64,000 nucleotides of DNA from an uncultured bacterium (GCA_964603785.1 CAZRWD010000003.1:142716-206715); one strand, 5' to 3'. Shown: positions 7,325-16,704, numbered from the stretch's first letter. Notes: generated by a model from the letters alone, not told the origin. Numbers and translations are program-made.

Positions 7325-10081
7325 CTACCACTCCAGCCCGATGCCGAATCGGATCATCCTCGGGCGGCCGTAGACGTACGGGTTGCTCAGGGAACCGCCC
7401 GGATCGTGGTCGGGTCTGCCGTCGCCGTCCTGGTCGGCGTCGTACCAGGCGATCTCGGAGATGGTGTTGATGTTGCGACGGTCGAACACGTTCATGACCC
7501 AGCAGTAGACATCGAACGTGACAGGGCCCGCCCAGATCTGGCGGTTGACCTTGATGTCTGTGTCCATCGTCCAGGGGTAGCGCCTGCCGTTGATCTCGGG
7601 AGACGCCGTGCCCTGGCTGTCCTGCGTGTAGGGGAAGCCGGAGCCGTAGCTGAACTGCAGGTTGACGCCGAACCCCTCGAGGAACGGATAGGTGCCGATC
7701 CTGGGACCCTCGCCGCGCGGGATGCGGAAGTCGACGTTGGCGTTGATGGAGTGCCTCTGATCCCAGTCGAGGTAGGACTCGCGCTTCGGGATGATCCAGC
7801 CGGCCCAGAGGTAGCTGTAGTTCTGGGTGGCGCCCGAGGACTTGCCCTTGGCGACCTGGTAGGTGTAGTTCGCGCTGGCCGAGAGGAAGCCGCTAGGGCG
7901 GCGCATTATCGTGAGCTCGGCACCGCGGACGTTGCCGTAGTCGCCGTTGATGTAGCGGTCATAGGCGTCGACGGCGCTGTAGAAGTTCTTCTCGGTGTCG
8001 ATCAGGCCGGTGATGTCCTTGTAGAAGCCGGTGATGTCCATGAGCGTGAAGTCGTCGAACTGGTGCTTCACGCCCACCTCGTAGGAGATGGTCTCCTCGG
8101 GCTCGAGATCGACGTTGCCGATCAGGGGGAAGGAGCCCGACAGGTCGTAGGAGGAGCCGTAGTACATCCTGTCGAACATGGGCATCTGGAAGTAGTGCCC
8201 GTAGGTGAAGTGCAGCACGTCGCGCTCGGTGATCGGGTGCGAGAAGCCCACGCGCGGGCTCAGATGGTACTTCATGGGAACTTCGATGGGGTTCACGATG
8301 TGGTCGGGGTCGCCCGGAGAGGTTCCCGGCGTGACGGGGTTCGAGGGGTCGGCCGGGTACTCGTCGAAGTTCGGGTCGAAGTAGTCGAACCTGAGACCTG
8401 CGTTAACGATCATGCCCCGGTACTCCATCTTGTCCTGGATGTACACGGCGCCCGAGTTGGGGAACGCATGGTAGCGGTTCAGGTAGATGTTGCCACCCGA
8501 GGCCGTGTCGACGCTGTAGTCGAAGACGTCGTAGTAGCGGGCCTCGAGGCCGGCCTTGATCTGGTGCTGCGTGGTGACCTGGCTGGTGATGTCGAACCTG
8601 GCCGTGGAGGTGGTGCTCTTGGTGTCGTTCCAGGCGTAGCGGCTCGCGCCCTGACGGTAGTAGCCGTCGGTGTCGACTATCCTGGTGGGCGTGTAGAGGA
8701 GCCAGTCGGCTATCGAATAGCCGTCACCCACCCAGCCGCCCTCCGGGTCGCGGATCTTGTAGGTGAACCGGGTGAAGTACTGGTTGACCTTGAGCTCCAT
8801 GAAGGTGGCGTCGCTGAGGGTCTGGGTGAGGCCGACGCCGTAGCTGGTGTTGAGCCAGAACCTCGTGGGGAGGCCGTACCTGATGTCCTGCCCCCAGGCG
8901 AGGGTGTCGCCGGTGGTCTCGTCGATGTAGGGGGTCTCGAACCTGTTCCAGTCCCACAGCGAGAAGCCCGCGATGCGGTCGAGGATGTAGCCCGTGAAGT
9001 TGAGCTTGGTGCGGGGGTTGGGCTTGACCGTGAGCTTCACGTTGGCGCTCCACTGGGTGCGCCAGTTGTTGAACTGGTACTCGTAGCGGCCCTCCTCGCC
9101 GCCGCCCGACTCCAGGAACTCGCCGGAGACGAAGAGGCGGACCTCGCCGGGGACCCTTATGCCCATGGCGGGGAGGAGGTAGCTGGTGAGGGGCTCGGGG
9201 CCGCCGACCGAACCCTCGAGGTTGAAGCGGGACTCGGAGAACGGGCCCGCGTCGCCGCGGTTGAACACCCAGGTGCGCCCGTCCTCGAAGCCGAGGGCCT
9301 GCCAGTCGTTGCCGTTGAAGCTGACCTCGCCGGTGTAGTTCGTCCCGCCCTCGCGGGTGACGATGTTGATGACGCCCGACTGGGCGTTGCCATACTCGGC
9401 CCCGAAGCCGCCGCTCATTATCGAGGTCTCGGACACGGCCGACATCGGGATGTCCGAGTTGAAGACGTTGGACGTCGGGTCGACCTGCGCCACGCCGTCG
9501 ACGAGGTAGGCCACCTCGCCCGAGCGGCCGCCGCGCATGTGGAGGCCGCCGCGCTCGGTGGCGCCGGCCTGGCGGTTGATGACGTCCGTGATGCCGGCGA
9601 CGGGCATGGTCCGGATCTCGTCGCGGCCGACGACCGTCATGGAGGCGGTGACGTCGCGGAGGATCATGCCCCTCTGGTCGGTGACCGTGATGACCGTGCT
9701 GCCGACCGTCTGCACGGACAGCTGGAAGTCGTAGCGCGTCGTGAGGTCGGCGCTGACCTGGATGCCGTTGGCGGTCAGGTCGCCCATGCCGACCATCCGG
9801 GCCACGAGGTTGTACTCGCCCGGTTCCAGGTTGATGATGAAGTACTCGCCGTTGGCGTCGGTCATCGCACCGTAGGGGGTACCCACGATCATGACCGTCG
9901 CGCCGACCAGCGGACTGCCGGAGGTGTCGGTGACCCTCCCGGCAATCTTGCCGGTGGTACCCGCGCCAGCAGCTAGCGCAAGGCACAGGACCAGAGCGGC
10001 AGTTATCGCCGAAGCCCTTCCAAGCACTGTTGACGCTCCTTTCCTTGACTGTGGAGTTGTTACCCTTTCCACACTTCTCAT
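7325..10081 (-). CDS. TonB-dependent receptor with N-terminal carboxypeptidase-regulatory-like domain
   Basis: Signal peptide. CarbopepD_reg-like beta-sandwich (GRVTDTSGSPLVGATVMIVGT...DANGEYFI). Plug domain (DEIRTMPVAGITDVIN...GGLHMRGGRSGEVAYLVDGV). Long beta-barrel ending in an aromatic residue (GIGLEW). Immediately upstream of exbB-exbD-exbD-tonB. Confidence 0.8.
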   Translation of the reverse strand: MRSVERVTTPQSRKGASTVLGRASAITAALVLCLALAAGAGTTGKIAGRVTDTSGSPLVGATVMIVGTPYGAMTDANGEYFIINLEPGEYNLVARMVGMGDLTANGIQVSADLTTRYDFQLSVQTVGSTVITVTDQRGMILRDVTASMTVVGRDEIRTMPVAGITDVINRQAGATERGGLHMRGGRSGEVAYLVDGVAQVDPTSNVFNSDIPMSAVSETSIMSGGFGAEYGNAQSGVINIVTREGGTNYTGEVSFNGNDWQALGFEDGRTWVFNRGDAGPFSESRFNLEGSVGGPEPLTSYLLPAMGIRVPGEVRLFVSGEFLESGGGEEGRYEYQFNNWRTQWSANVKLTVKPNPRTKLNFTGYILDRIAGFSLWDWNRFETPYIDETTGDTLAWGQDIRYGLPTRFWLNTSYGVGLTQTLSDATFMELKVNQYFTRFTYKIRDPEGGWVGDGYSIADWLLYTPTRIVDTDGYYRQGASRYAWNDTKSTTSTARFDITSQVTTQHQIKAGLEARYYDVFDYSVDTASGGNIYLNRYHAFPNSGAVYIQDKMEYRGMIVNAGLRFDYFDPNFDEYPADPSNPVTPGTSPGDPDHIVNPIEVPMKYHLSPRVGFSHPITERDVLHFTYGHYFQMPMFDRMYYGSSYDLSGSFPLIGNVDLEPEETISYEVGVKHQFDDFTLMDITGFYKDITGLIDTEKNFYSAVDAYDRYINGDYGNVRGAELTIMRRPSGFLSASANYTYQVAKGKSSGATQNYSYLWAGWIIPKRESYLDWDQRHSINANVDFRIPRGEGPRIGTYPFLEGFGVNLQFSYGSGFPYTQDSQGTASPEINGRRYPWTMDTDIKVNRQIWAGPVTFDVYCWVMNVFDRRNINTISEIAWYDADQDGDGRPDHDPGGSLSNPYVYGRPRMIRFGIGLEW

Positions 10082-10247
10082 CCCGGCGGCCAGATCACCC
10101 CCTGTCGCCCCGGGAACTACGTTCTTCGCCTTTCCGGCGCTATTCCACGCCTGCCCCTCCGAAGGGCAGACTCAGCCTGTATTCCCTCTCCGAAATCGAG
10201 GATACCAGCACCTCCGACCGCTGTCAAGCATTCATCCGGAGGCCTTC

Positions 10248-10904
10248 TCAGCCCAGCAGGCCCCCCAGTCCGGGGATCGTGGGAAGCCATTCGAACAGTA
10301 GGAACTGCGCCTGCCCGATCAGCAGGCTGATCCTCGCCATGACGGTGTATCCGAAGCTCGCTCCGAACGCGACCATCAGTATCGTTATCCCGACCTTCGC
10401 GGCACCGCCCGTGAAGCCGGTGTGCGCCTTCGAGAAGAAGAAGTAGACGAGGCCGCACACGACTCCCGTCACCAGTATCAGGTTGTCGAGGAAGTTGGCG
10501 GCCCCCATGCCCGTGAGGGCGACGATGGTTCCCTCGACCTGTCCCAGGCAGTTCGTCTGCAGGGTGCTCACCAGGCTCAGGCCGGCCCCCGTGCCGACTA
10601 TCATCGCCAGCGCGAGCCTCGACATGCCCGCGATCCTGGGCACGAGCCGCATCAGCATGAAGAGCCCGAAGGCGCCGGGGACCAGCATCCAGTAGTCGGG
10701 AGTGCCGTCGGCGGCGCCCGTCAGCTCGTCCCAGAAGTTCGGTATGAGCACGTTCTCGATGTTGTATATGACCCAGTACCCTGCGCTCATCCCCACGAAG
10801 AGGTGCTCCGCGAACTTGTAGAAGGGGTTGTCCCTGTATAGGAAGCTGTAGAGCATCAGGGTGAGGATCGCTCCGAGCCAGATCCCCGTTATCTCCCAGT
10901 TCAT
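10248..10904 (-). CDS. Uncharacterised 6-TM integral membrane protein
   Basis: Six predicted hydrophobic helices with high GC3 coding. Four-nt overlap with the upstream gene. No family recognised. Confidence 0.5.
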   Translation of the reverse strand: MNWEITGIWLGAILTLMLYSFLYRDNPFYKFAEHLFVGMSAGYWVIYNIENVLIPNFWDELTGAADGTPDYWMLVPGAFGLFMLMRLVPRIAGMSRLALAMIVGTGAGLSLVSTLQTNCLGQVEGTIVALTGMGAANFLDNLILVTGVVCGLVYFFFSKAHTGFTGGAAKVGITILMVAFGASFGYTVMARISLLIGQAQFLLFEWLPTIPGLGGLLG

Positions 10905-11761
10905 CTCGAGACCCCCTTCCTGCGGTTCCTGACTGTCAGGAAGGTGATGTTCCCCAGGACTATGAACCCCATGATCACGAGGTGGGCCACGGACTGCGCG
11001 GCCATCCCCGGCGTGGCGGTCCCGGGAGGAGGGTCGTCGATGCCGGCCCTTATCATGGTCTCGTAGTCGGCGGCGCCCTTGAGCCCGCCGAGGAGACCTA
11101 TCATCTGGCCCGTGCCGAGATATGTGTAGAACTCGGGAGCGCTCACCGCGGTGCAGCCGCCACCGACCGGGAGGCCGAACCGGTCCCCGGCCATCATCAC
11201 CCAGGCATGGATGCCGGGGTCGCCCGCCGACAGCGAGATGACCAGATCGATGTCCTTCAGGCTCTGGACGCGGCCCAGCAGGGGGATGGAGTCATAGGGC
11301 ATGCCGTCCTTGTCCTGCGGATAGACGGCCCGTATGGAGCTTCCCATCCTCACGATGGAGACGCCCGCCCCGACGGTGTAGCCGAGGTTGACCCAGTCCA
11401 CGTACTGCACCGCCCCGAGACTGTCCCCCACGCTCGACAGGGCGTCCTGGGACAGGCTCGCCCCCTGCGGCCAGAGGGCCGTCGCTATGATCCTGTGGCC
11501 CCGGGTGAAGACGTGCTGGGCCAGGGCGACGGCCATGGGCTGGAGCTCGGGCATCGTCGAGGGGTCGTAGTCGTAGCTTATCAGTATCGTGGATCCCCCG
11601 GGCAGGGCGTCGATGTATCCGTAGAGGTCGCTGCTCGGACCCTCGCCGACCGGGATCGGGAAGTTCATCCGGAGAGCGAGCGGAACGAAGACGGAGAGGG
11701 CCATGAGGATGTAGATCACCCTCCGGTCGACCCTGTCCAGCTTTTCCAGGAGTCGTCTCAT
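10901..11761 (-). CDS. Uncharacterised bitopic membrane protein (N- and C-terminal TM helices flanking a soluble domain of about 200 aa)
   Basis: Start trimmed to MRRLLEKLDRV, where an ATG overlaps the stop of the upstream gene (ATGA at 11759-11763). TM at IYILMALSVFVPLAL and again near the C-terminus. Confidence 0.5.
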   Translation of the reverse strand: MRRLLEKLDRVDRRVIYILMALSVFVPLALRMNFPIPVGEGPSSDLYGYIDALPGGSTILISYDYDPSTMPELQPMAVALAQHVFTRGHRIIATALWPQGASLSQDALSSVGDSLGAVQYVDWVNLGYTVGAGVSIVRMGSSIRAVYPQDKDGMPYDSIPLLGRVQSLKDIDLVISLSAGDPGIHAWVMMAGDRFGLPVGGGCTAVSAPEFYTYLGTGQMIGLLGGLKGAADYETMIRAGIDDPPPGTATPGMAAQSVAHLVIMGFIVLGNITFLTVRNRRKGVSR

Positions 11762-12420
11762 CAGTCGGCACCTCCCAGATAGCTGCGCTCGATACCGAAG
11801 ATCATCCTTAGGGAGGTCGCCACCACGCCCAGCGCGGCGCCGATCATGACGGCCCTCTGGCCCGCCATGTTGGGCACCTGCATTATCCACTCGGCCACCT
11901 CGCTGACGAGGTTGGGGTGCGCCCCGGCGGCCGCTCCCGGGAAGAGCCTCCAGATGAGGTCGCCTATGGGCACCCGGCCGAGCATGACGACGAACGCGGA
12001 GAGCAGCAGCAGGGTGGCCCGCCAGTTGGAGGAGCGGAAGGCCCGGAAGGCGGCGGAGGCCACGAAGAATGCCAGCAGGCTGAACATGGTCGCGCCCATG
12101 GGCACGATCATGTTCTGGAACAGGTAGTCGAAAGGCCTGCCCTCGACAACCCCGTACCTCAGCCCGGTGACCATCATCAGGGCGAATCCGGCCAGGACCA
12201 CCGGGCTGTACTTCCAGTTCCTGACCCTGTGCCGTATCCTGGAGAAGTGCACCTGGACGAGATTGACGGCCCCGAGGAAGATCGCCGCCGAGGCCACGAT
12301 CATGTACCAGTCGGTGAGCCCCTCGCCCATGGTGGAGACGGGCCTGTGGGGGATGAAGAAGTGCAGGATCATCAGGATGCCGCAGAAGAACGTCACCAGG
12401 AGCGGAAGAAGCATTCTCAC
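11761..12420 (-). CDS. Uncharacterised 6-TM integral membrane protein
   Basis: Six hydrophobic segments with Arg/Lys-rich loops. Translationally coupled to the downstream gene. Confidence 0.5.
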   Translation of the reverse strand: MRMLLPLLVTFFCGILMILHFFIPHRPVSTMGEGLTDWYMIVASAAIFLGAVNLVQVHFSRIRHRVRNWKYSPVVLAGFALMMVTGLRYGVVEGRPFDYLFQNMIVPMGATMFSLLAFFVASAAFRAFRSSNWRATLLLLSAFVVMLGRVPIGDLIWRLFPGAAAGAHPNLVSEVAEWIMQVPNMAGQRAVMIGAALGVVATSLRMIFGIERSYLGGAD

Positions 12421-12430
12421 GGTCCGCCTC

Positions 12431-13624
12431 CTACTCGACGTGGAGCAGGAACCGCAGGAAGTCGGCCAGTCTCGAGGCCGGCTCCCATGCGGTGCCCACC
12501 GACGCGGCGGCTACGCCTACCACTATGAGGAACATTATCACGAGTTTCGCCGCGTCCTGCCCCTTCAGGCTGCCCAGGAGCTTCGGCTCGCGGGACAGGT
12601 ATGCGCTGGCCGCGAACAGCTCCTCGCCTATGAGCGTGTAGTCGCAGGCCGCGATGAAGAAGGGCAGCTGGCTGACCATCGCGGTGCCGGCTATCTGGAT
12701 CGCGCCCACGCTGCGGCCCGTCTCGGCCAGGATGAGGCTCTCGGCGTAGAAGGTGCCCAGGAGGAAGATCGCAGCGGGCCTCTGCCTCACCATCATCCCG
12801 TCGACTCCGGCGGCGTAGCCGAACTGGTCGTCGGTCAGGTAGTTGATGTTGTCGCGGCGGAAGGCGTCGGGCCGGCCGGCCTGCAGGTAGGCCTCCTTCA
12901 CGACCTCCTGGGCCACGCTCATCACGACGCTCCTGGTGTTGGGCACCAGGAGGCTGGCCCCGTACTCGGCGGTCTTCGAGGCGACCCTCCCCAGGATCAC
13001 CATGCTGGCGATGGTCTGTATGTCGTCCATGTCCATGATGCCGGGGATGTAGAGTACGGGGCGTCCCATCTCGGTGGCCCTGCCGACCGCCTCGTCGACC
13101 GCGGCCAGACCGCCGATCTCCCTGATGAAGAGGCTGCGGCCGCGCTTGCCCCTCTCGATGTACAGGATGATCACGCTGGACAGGAGGACGGTGATGACGA
13201 ACATCCCCACCCTCCTGCTGTGGAACCACTGGGCGCTCGGGACGGCGGACATCATGAGGCTGCGGCCGACGGGGACGCCTCCGCTCCATGCCTCGAGGAC
13301 GTATCCGTACTCGACGCCGTCCTCGAGCCCGTCGTCGCTCCACGACATCGATGCGCCGGAGACCCATCCGACCTCTTCGGCCACGCCTCCGCCGGACAAC
13401 CTGAGGATCCTCACGGAATCGGGCAGGGCACCATCGGTCGAATAGGTCCACGAGAGGTCCAGCATGCCTCCGACGTCGTCCGGGGCGTCTGAGGCCTCGA
13501 ACGAGTCTATCCTGGCCAGCGGCGCCGGCGGGGTGACCGCAGCCCCGGTCGAGTCGACCGGGGCGGCCGCCGCCGTGCCGGACAGGATGGCCAGGAGAGG
13601 CAACATCAGCTCGCATCTCTTCAT
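12431..13624 (-). CDS. Uncharacterised membrane protein with N-terminal FN3-like ectodomain
   Basis: Start trimmed to MKRCELMLPLLAILSGTAAAA (signal peptide). FN3-like segment (LDLSWTYSTDG...YGYVLEAWSG). TM helix (VGMFVITVLLSSVIILYI), a cytoplasmic domain of about 200 aa, and a C-terminal TM helix. Confidence 0.5.
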   Translation of the reverse strand: MKRCELMLPLLAILSGTAAAAPVDSTGAAVTPPAPLARIDSFEASDAPDDVGGMLDLSWTYSTDGALPDSVRILRLSGGGVAEEVGWVSGASMSWSDDGLEDGVEYGYVLEAWSGGVPVGRSLMMSAVPSAQWFHSRRVGMFVITVLLSSVIILYIERGKRGRSLFIREIGGLAAVDEAVGRATEMGRPVLYIPGIMDMDDIQTIASMVILGRVASKTAEYGASLLVPNTRSVVMSVAQEVVKEAYLQAGRPDAFRRDNINYLTDDQFGYAAGVDGMMVRQRPAAIFLLGTFYAESLILAETGRSVGAIQIAGTAMVSQLPFFIAACDYTLIGEELFAASAYLSREPKLLGSLKGQDAAKLVIMFLIVVGVAAASVGTAWEPASRLADFLRFLLHVE

Positions 13625-13716
13625 CCGCCGCCTCCAAGCCCGTGTGTCAGGGCGCGAATGCGAGGAGGGGGCCGCAGCCCCCTCCCATCCCGTGTACAGG
13701 AGCGGGAAGACCTTCG

Positions 13717-14838
13717 TCATTCCTCTATGAGCTCCACGTTGGCGCGGGGCACGACGGCCCGCGAGCCGTCAGCGAACTCGACCTCGAGCACCCTCACCCT
13801 GGCCTCGGTCTCGAGCAGCTGGAGCTCGGCCGGGAGGGCGGAGACCTTCCCGAGCATGCCGAAGTACGGCGCCCTGATGACCCTGACGGGAGACCCGACG
13901 TCGAGCGCTCCGTGCTCGCGGTCCGTCTCCCTGCCCTTCACCTCCGGGCCGACCGGGATCACGACCTCCGGCCGTATCACGCCGGCCCTGATCTGGGTCG
14001 CACCGTTGATGCTCGCGACCATGCCCGCACGGCTGCACAACAGGTCGAATGTGTTGCCGGCCATGTTCATCCTGCCGAAGCCCTCGGTCAGGATGAGGGT
14101 TATGCCCTTGTTCTCGTGCCCGGTGATCGCCACCCCGAGGTCGTAGCCCAGGAAGTCCTTCAGGTCCCTGTCGTCGAACCCTCCCGAGACCACCCCGCGC
14201 ACGCCCGTCGAGACCGCCTTCCTGAGGGTCTCGTGGCTCACGAAGGAGCCTCCCACGAGGACCTTGCCCGCGCAGGCCGGGGTGACGAGATCGGGGGTGA
14301 GCTCCTGCTCGGGGGACTTCACGACCGGCATGATCTCGCCCCGGGTCTCGCCTCCTATCCCGAAGATGCCCTGGACGAAGGTGGCCCGCGTCTCCACGAC
14401 GACGCCCTCCTCCGGGATGACCTCGACTATCCTGCCCTTCACATAGGCCTCGATGGTGACGGGTATCGGGGGCTCGCGGAGGACGGCCTGGCCCGTCACC
14501 TTGTTGAAGCTCTCGAAGGTGCCCACTATGGGCGACCTGACGGTGTTCCTGAAGAGACCGAACAGCCCCTTCGACTGGGCGAAGGGCTCGTTCTCGGCCA
14601 GCGGCTCGCCCTCGGCCTTCAGGAGGAGGGTCGGGATGTCCTCGGGCGGGACGCCCATGATGTTGGCGAGGTTGATCATCTTGACGTTGCCGGGGAGTTC
14701 GGTGCTCGCGACGACCGTTCCGGCGTCGACCTCGTCGCCCGTCCCGACCGTCACCCGGCCCTTGAGCGGCAGGCGCCTCTCCTTGCGGACTATCGTCACA
14801 TCTGCGACCCGGAGCCCCGGGGTGTATGCGAAAGCCAT
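13717..14838 (-). CDS. Uncharacterised 373-aa protein, partner of the ASKHA-fold protein
   Basis: Protein-like composition. N-terminal region resembles a lipoyl/hybrid-barrel motif (GRVTVGTGDEVDAGTVVAS). No TM. The start lies 4 nt after the stop of the upstream ASKHA gene. No family assignment. Confidence 0.5.
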   Translation of the reverse strand: MAFAYTPGLRVADVTIVRKERRLPLKGRVTVGTGDEVDAGTVVASTELPGNVKMINLANIMGVPPEDIPTLLLKAEGEPLAENEPFAQSKGLFGLFRNTVRSPIVGTFESFNKVTGQAVLREPPIPVTIEAYVKGRIVEVIPEEGVVVETRATFVQGIFGIGGETRGEIMPVVKSPEQELTPDLVTPACAGKVLVGGSFVSHETLRKAVSTGVRGVVSGGFDDRDLKDFLGYDLGVAITGHENKGITLILTEGFGRMNMAGNTFDLLCSRAGMVASINGATQIRAGVIRPEVVIPVGPEVKGRETDREHGALDVGSPVRVIRAPYFGMLGKVSALPAELQLLETEARVRVLEVEFADGSRAVVPRANVELIEE

Positions 14839-14841
14839 ATC

Positions 14842-16704
14842 CTACCTCCCCAGGGAGAGGAACTTGTCAGGGTAGGCCGAGAGGGACGACGCCCACTCCT
14901 GGAGCTTCCTGACCCTCTCGGGGTTGTTCTGCGGCAGCACGAAGGGCCTGCCCCTGCCGTCCAGCACGACGCCCACGACACCGCCCTCGAGCTCGCACTC
15001 GTGGATCCTGCCGGGGCCGGACCCGACATCGACGCCCTTGACCGGCCTGATGACCGCCCGGGCCTTCTCGCCGACCCCCAGCTGGAGGACCTGCATCTTC
15101 CCGAACTCGATCGCCGTCTCGCGAGTCTTCCCGTCGGGCATGGTGAGGGACACGGCGGCGGCCGGCTGCCCGTCCCTGCCCTGGCCGACCGGCGCCACGC
15201 AGGAGCCCAGCCTGATGAGGCAGTCCTTGTCGAACACCTCGGTGGCCGCTCTCGGGAGCACCTCCGAGAGCACTCCGAGCTGCGGCATCATGAATATCGA
15301 GTCGACGGCCAGCATGGTGACGCCCTCCGGCAGGAAGGAGTCGATCAGCAGCATGGCGGCCTGGCAGCGCCTGGGAGCGTGCGACAGGACGCCTCCCGAC
15401 CCTATGAGGAGGTCCAGCGCCATCATGTCCACGAGGGTCGCGCCCGTCTGGGTCTGGTCGAAGGCGTCGCCTATCGTCCTCTCCTGGGCGACACCCTTCA
15501 GTCCGACGGCGAGGTCCCTGTGCTGCACCAGCGCCAGCCTGAGGGCCTCCCTGGCGATGGCCTGCTCCACGATCAGCTCCTCGAGGGTCTGCGGGATCGT
15601 CGTCGGCCTGATCATCTTGTTGCGAATGCGGTTGCGGAGGTCCGCCTCCTCCATCCTGAACGGGACCCAGCGCATCACGTTGTCGAGCCCGGCACTCGCC
15701 AGGACGTTGGACACGCTGTAGCTCATGCCCAGGTTGGCAGAGACCGTGCGGTTGAACACCGGCTGCCCCTCGCTGTCGAAGACGCTGAACACGTCGGTGG
15801 TCGCACCTCCGATGTCGACTCCCATGACGTGTATGCCCTCGGCCCGGGCGACCATCTCGATGAGCTTCCCCACGGCTCCCGGGGTGGGCATTATCGGGAC
15901 GTTGACCCATTCGCTGTCGACGTAGCGTCCCGTCCACTGCATCAGCTTGCCGTATCCGGGGGCCTGGGCCATGACATGCTCCATGAACAGCTCATGGATG
16001 GTGTCCCTCGCCGGACCGAGGTTCTCCCTCTCCAGGACGGGCCTGATGTTGGGGACGGTCTTCAGGGCGGCCATCTCTCCGAGCTCGCTCTCGACCTCGG
16101 GCGCGGCATCCCTGTTCCCCGCATAGATGACCGGAAGCTTGTAGCCCACGCCGAACCTGGGCTTGGGGTCCGCGGCCCTTATGACCTCGGCGAGCTCTAC
16201 GACGTGGTCGACCGTGCCCCCGTCGATGCCTCCGGAGAGGAGGATCATGTCGGGACGGAGCCTGCGGATGTCCGCCACCTTCTCGTGGAAGAGCCTGCCG
16301 TCGTTGGAGGCGACGACGTCCATGACTATGGCGCCGGCCCCCAGGGCGGCCCTCTGGGCGCTCTCGCCGGTCATCGACTTCACCACGCCGGCCACCGTCA
16401 TCTGGAGGCCGCCGCCGGCCGAGGAGGTTGACATGTAGATGTCCGCGCCCCTGGTCGGGTCGTCACCGACGAAGATCCCGTCGCTCTTCTCGTTGAGGAA
16501 CTTCCTGCCGAGAAGGTCCTCTATCTCGCCCACGGCGTTCAGGACGCCCTTGGTGACGTCCTCCGCAGGCGCCTCCACGGTGGTGGGAGCCTCTCCCCTG
16601 GTGATGAGGCGGTATTCACCATCCCTCTTCTCGATGAGGATCGCCTTCGTGGTGGTGCTGCCGCAGTCGGTCGCGATGATCCTCGTTATCTCCTTGCCGG
16701 CCAA
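14842..16704 (-). CDS. ASKHA-superfamily (actin/Hsp70/sugar-kinase fold) protein, GlmL/MutL- or EutA-like
   Basis: N-terminal phosphate-1 motif IATDCGSTTTKAILIE, typical of GlmL/MutL (glutamate mutase L), EutA and BadF/BcrA-type ASKHA ATPases. A second Gly-rich motif (MGVDIGGATTDVF) suggests a duplicated ASKHA domain. Size is 620 aa. Confidence 0.6.
   Translation of the reverse strand: MAGKEITRIIATDCGSTTTKAILIEKRDGEYRLITRGEAPTTVEAPAEDVTKGVLNAVGEIEDLLGRKFLNEKSDGIFVGDDPTRGADIYMSTSSAGGGLQMTVAGVVKSMTGESAQRAALGAGAIVMDVVASNDGRLFHEKVADIRRLRPDMILLSGGIDGGTVDHVVELAEVIRAADPKPRFGVGYKLPVIYAGNRDAAPEVESELGEMAALKTVPNIRPVLERENLGPARDTIHELFMEHVMAQAPGYGKLMQWTGRYVDSEWVNVPIMPTPGAVGKLIEMVARAEGIHVMGVDIGGATTDVFSVFDSEGQPVFNRTVSANLGMSYSVSNVLASAGLDNVMRWVPFRMEEADLRNRIRNKMIRPTTIPQTLEELIVEQAIAREALRLALVQHRDLAVGLKGVAQERTIGDAFDQTQTGATLVDMMALDLLIGSGGVLSHAPRRCQAAMLLIDSFLPEGVTMLAVDSIFMMPQLGVLSEVLPRAATEVFDKDCLIRLGSCVAPVGQGRDGQPAAAVSLTMPDGKTRETAIEFGKMQVLQLGVGEKARAVIRPVKGVDVGSGPGRIHECELEGGVVGVVLDGRGRPFVLPQNNPERVRKLQEWASSLSAYPDKFLSLGR

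Noticed and set aside
7406-9976. 856-aa plus-strand ORF antisense to the TonB-dependent receptor, and an Arg-rich 420-aa minus-strand alternative frame (8724..9986)
   Set aside because: Composition dominated by V/G/A/D/R without domain-like structure. The in-frame receptor protein has plug and barrel motifs.
10081-10248. Candidate sigma-70-like promoter (TTGACA, 17-nt spacer, TATCCT) and GC-rich hairpin in the leader of the TonB-dependent receptor (minus strand)
   Set aside because: The -10 element matches the consensus poorly and the organism's promoter consensus is unknown (FCB-group bacteria often use TAnnTTTG-type promoters). The hairpin lacks a U-tract. The evidence is too weak to annotate.
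13642-16431. 929-aa plus-strand ORF and a 356-aa minus-strand frame overlapping the ASKHA-protein and 373-aa genes
   Set aside because: Low-complexity, charge-biased translations. The chosen frames show ASKHA phosphate-binding motifs and globular composition.
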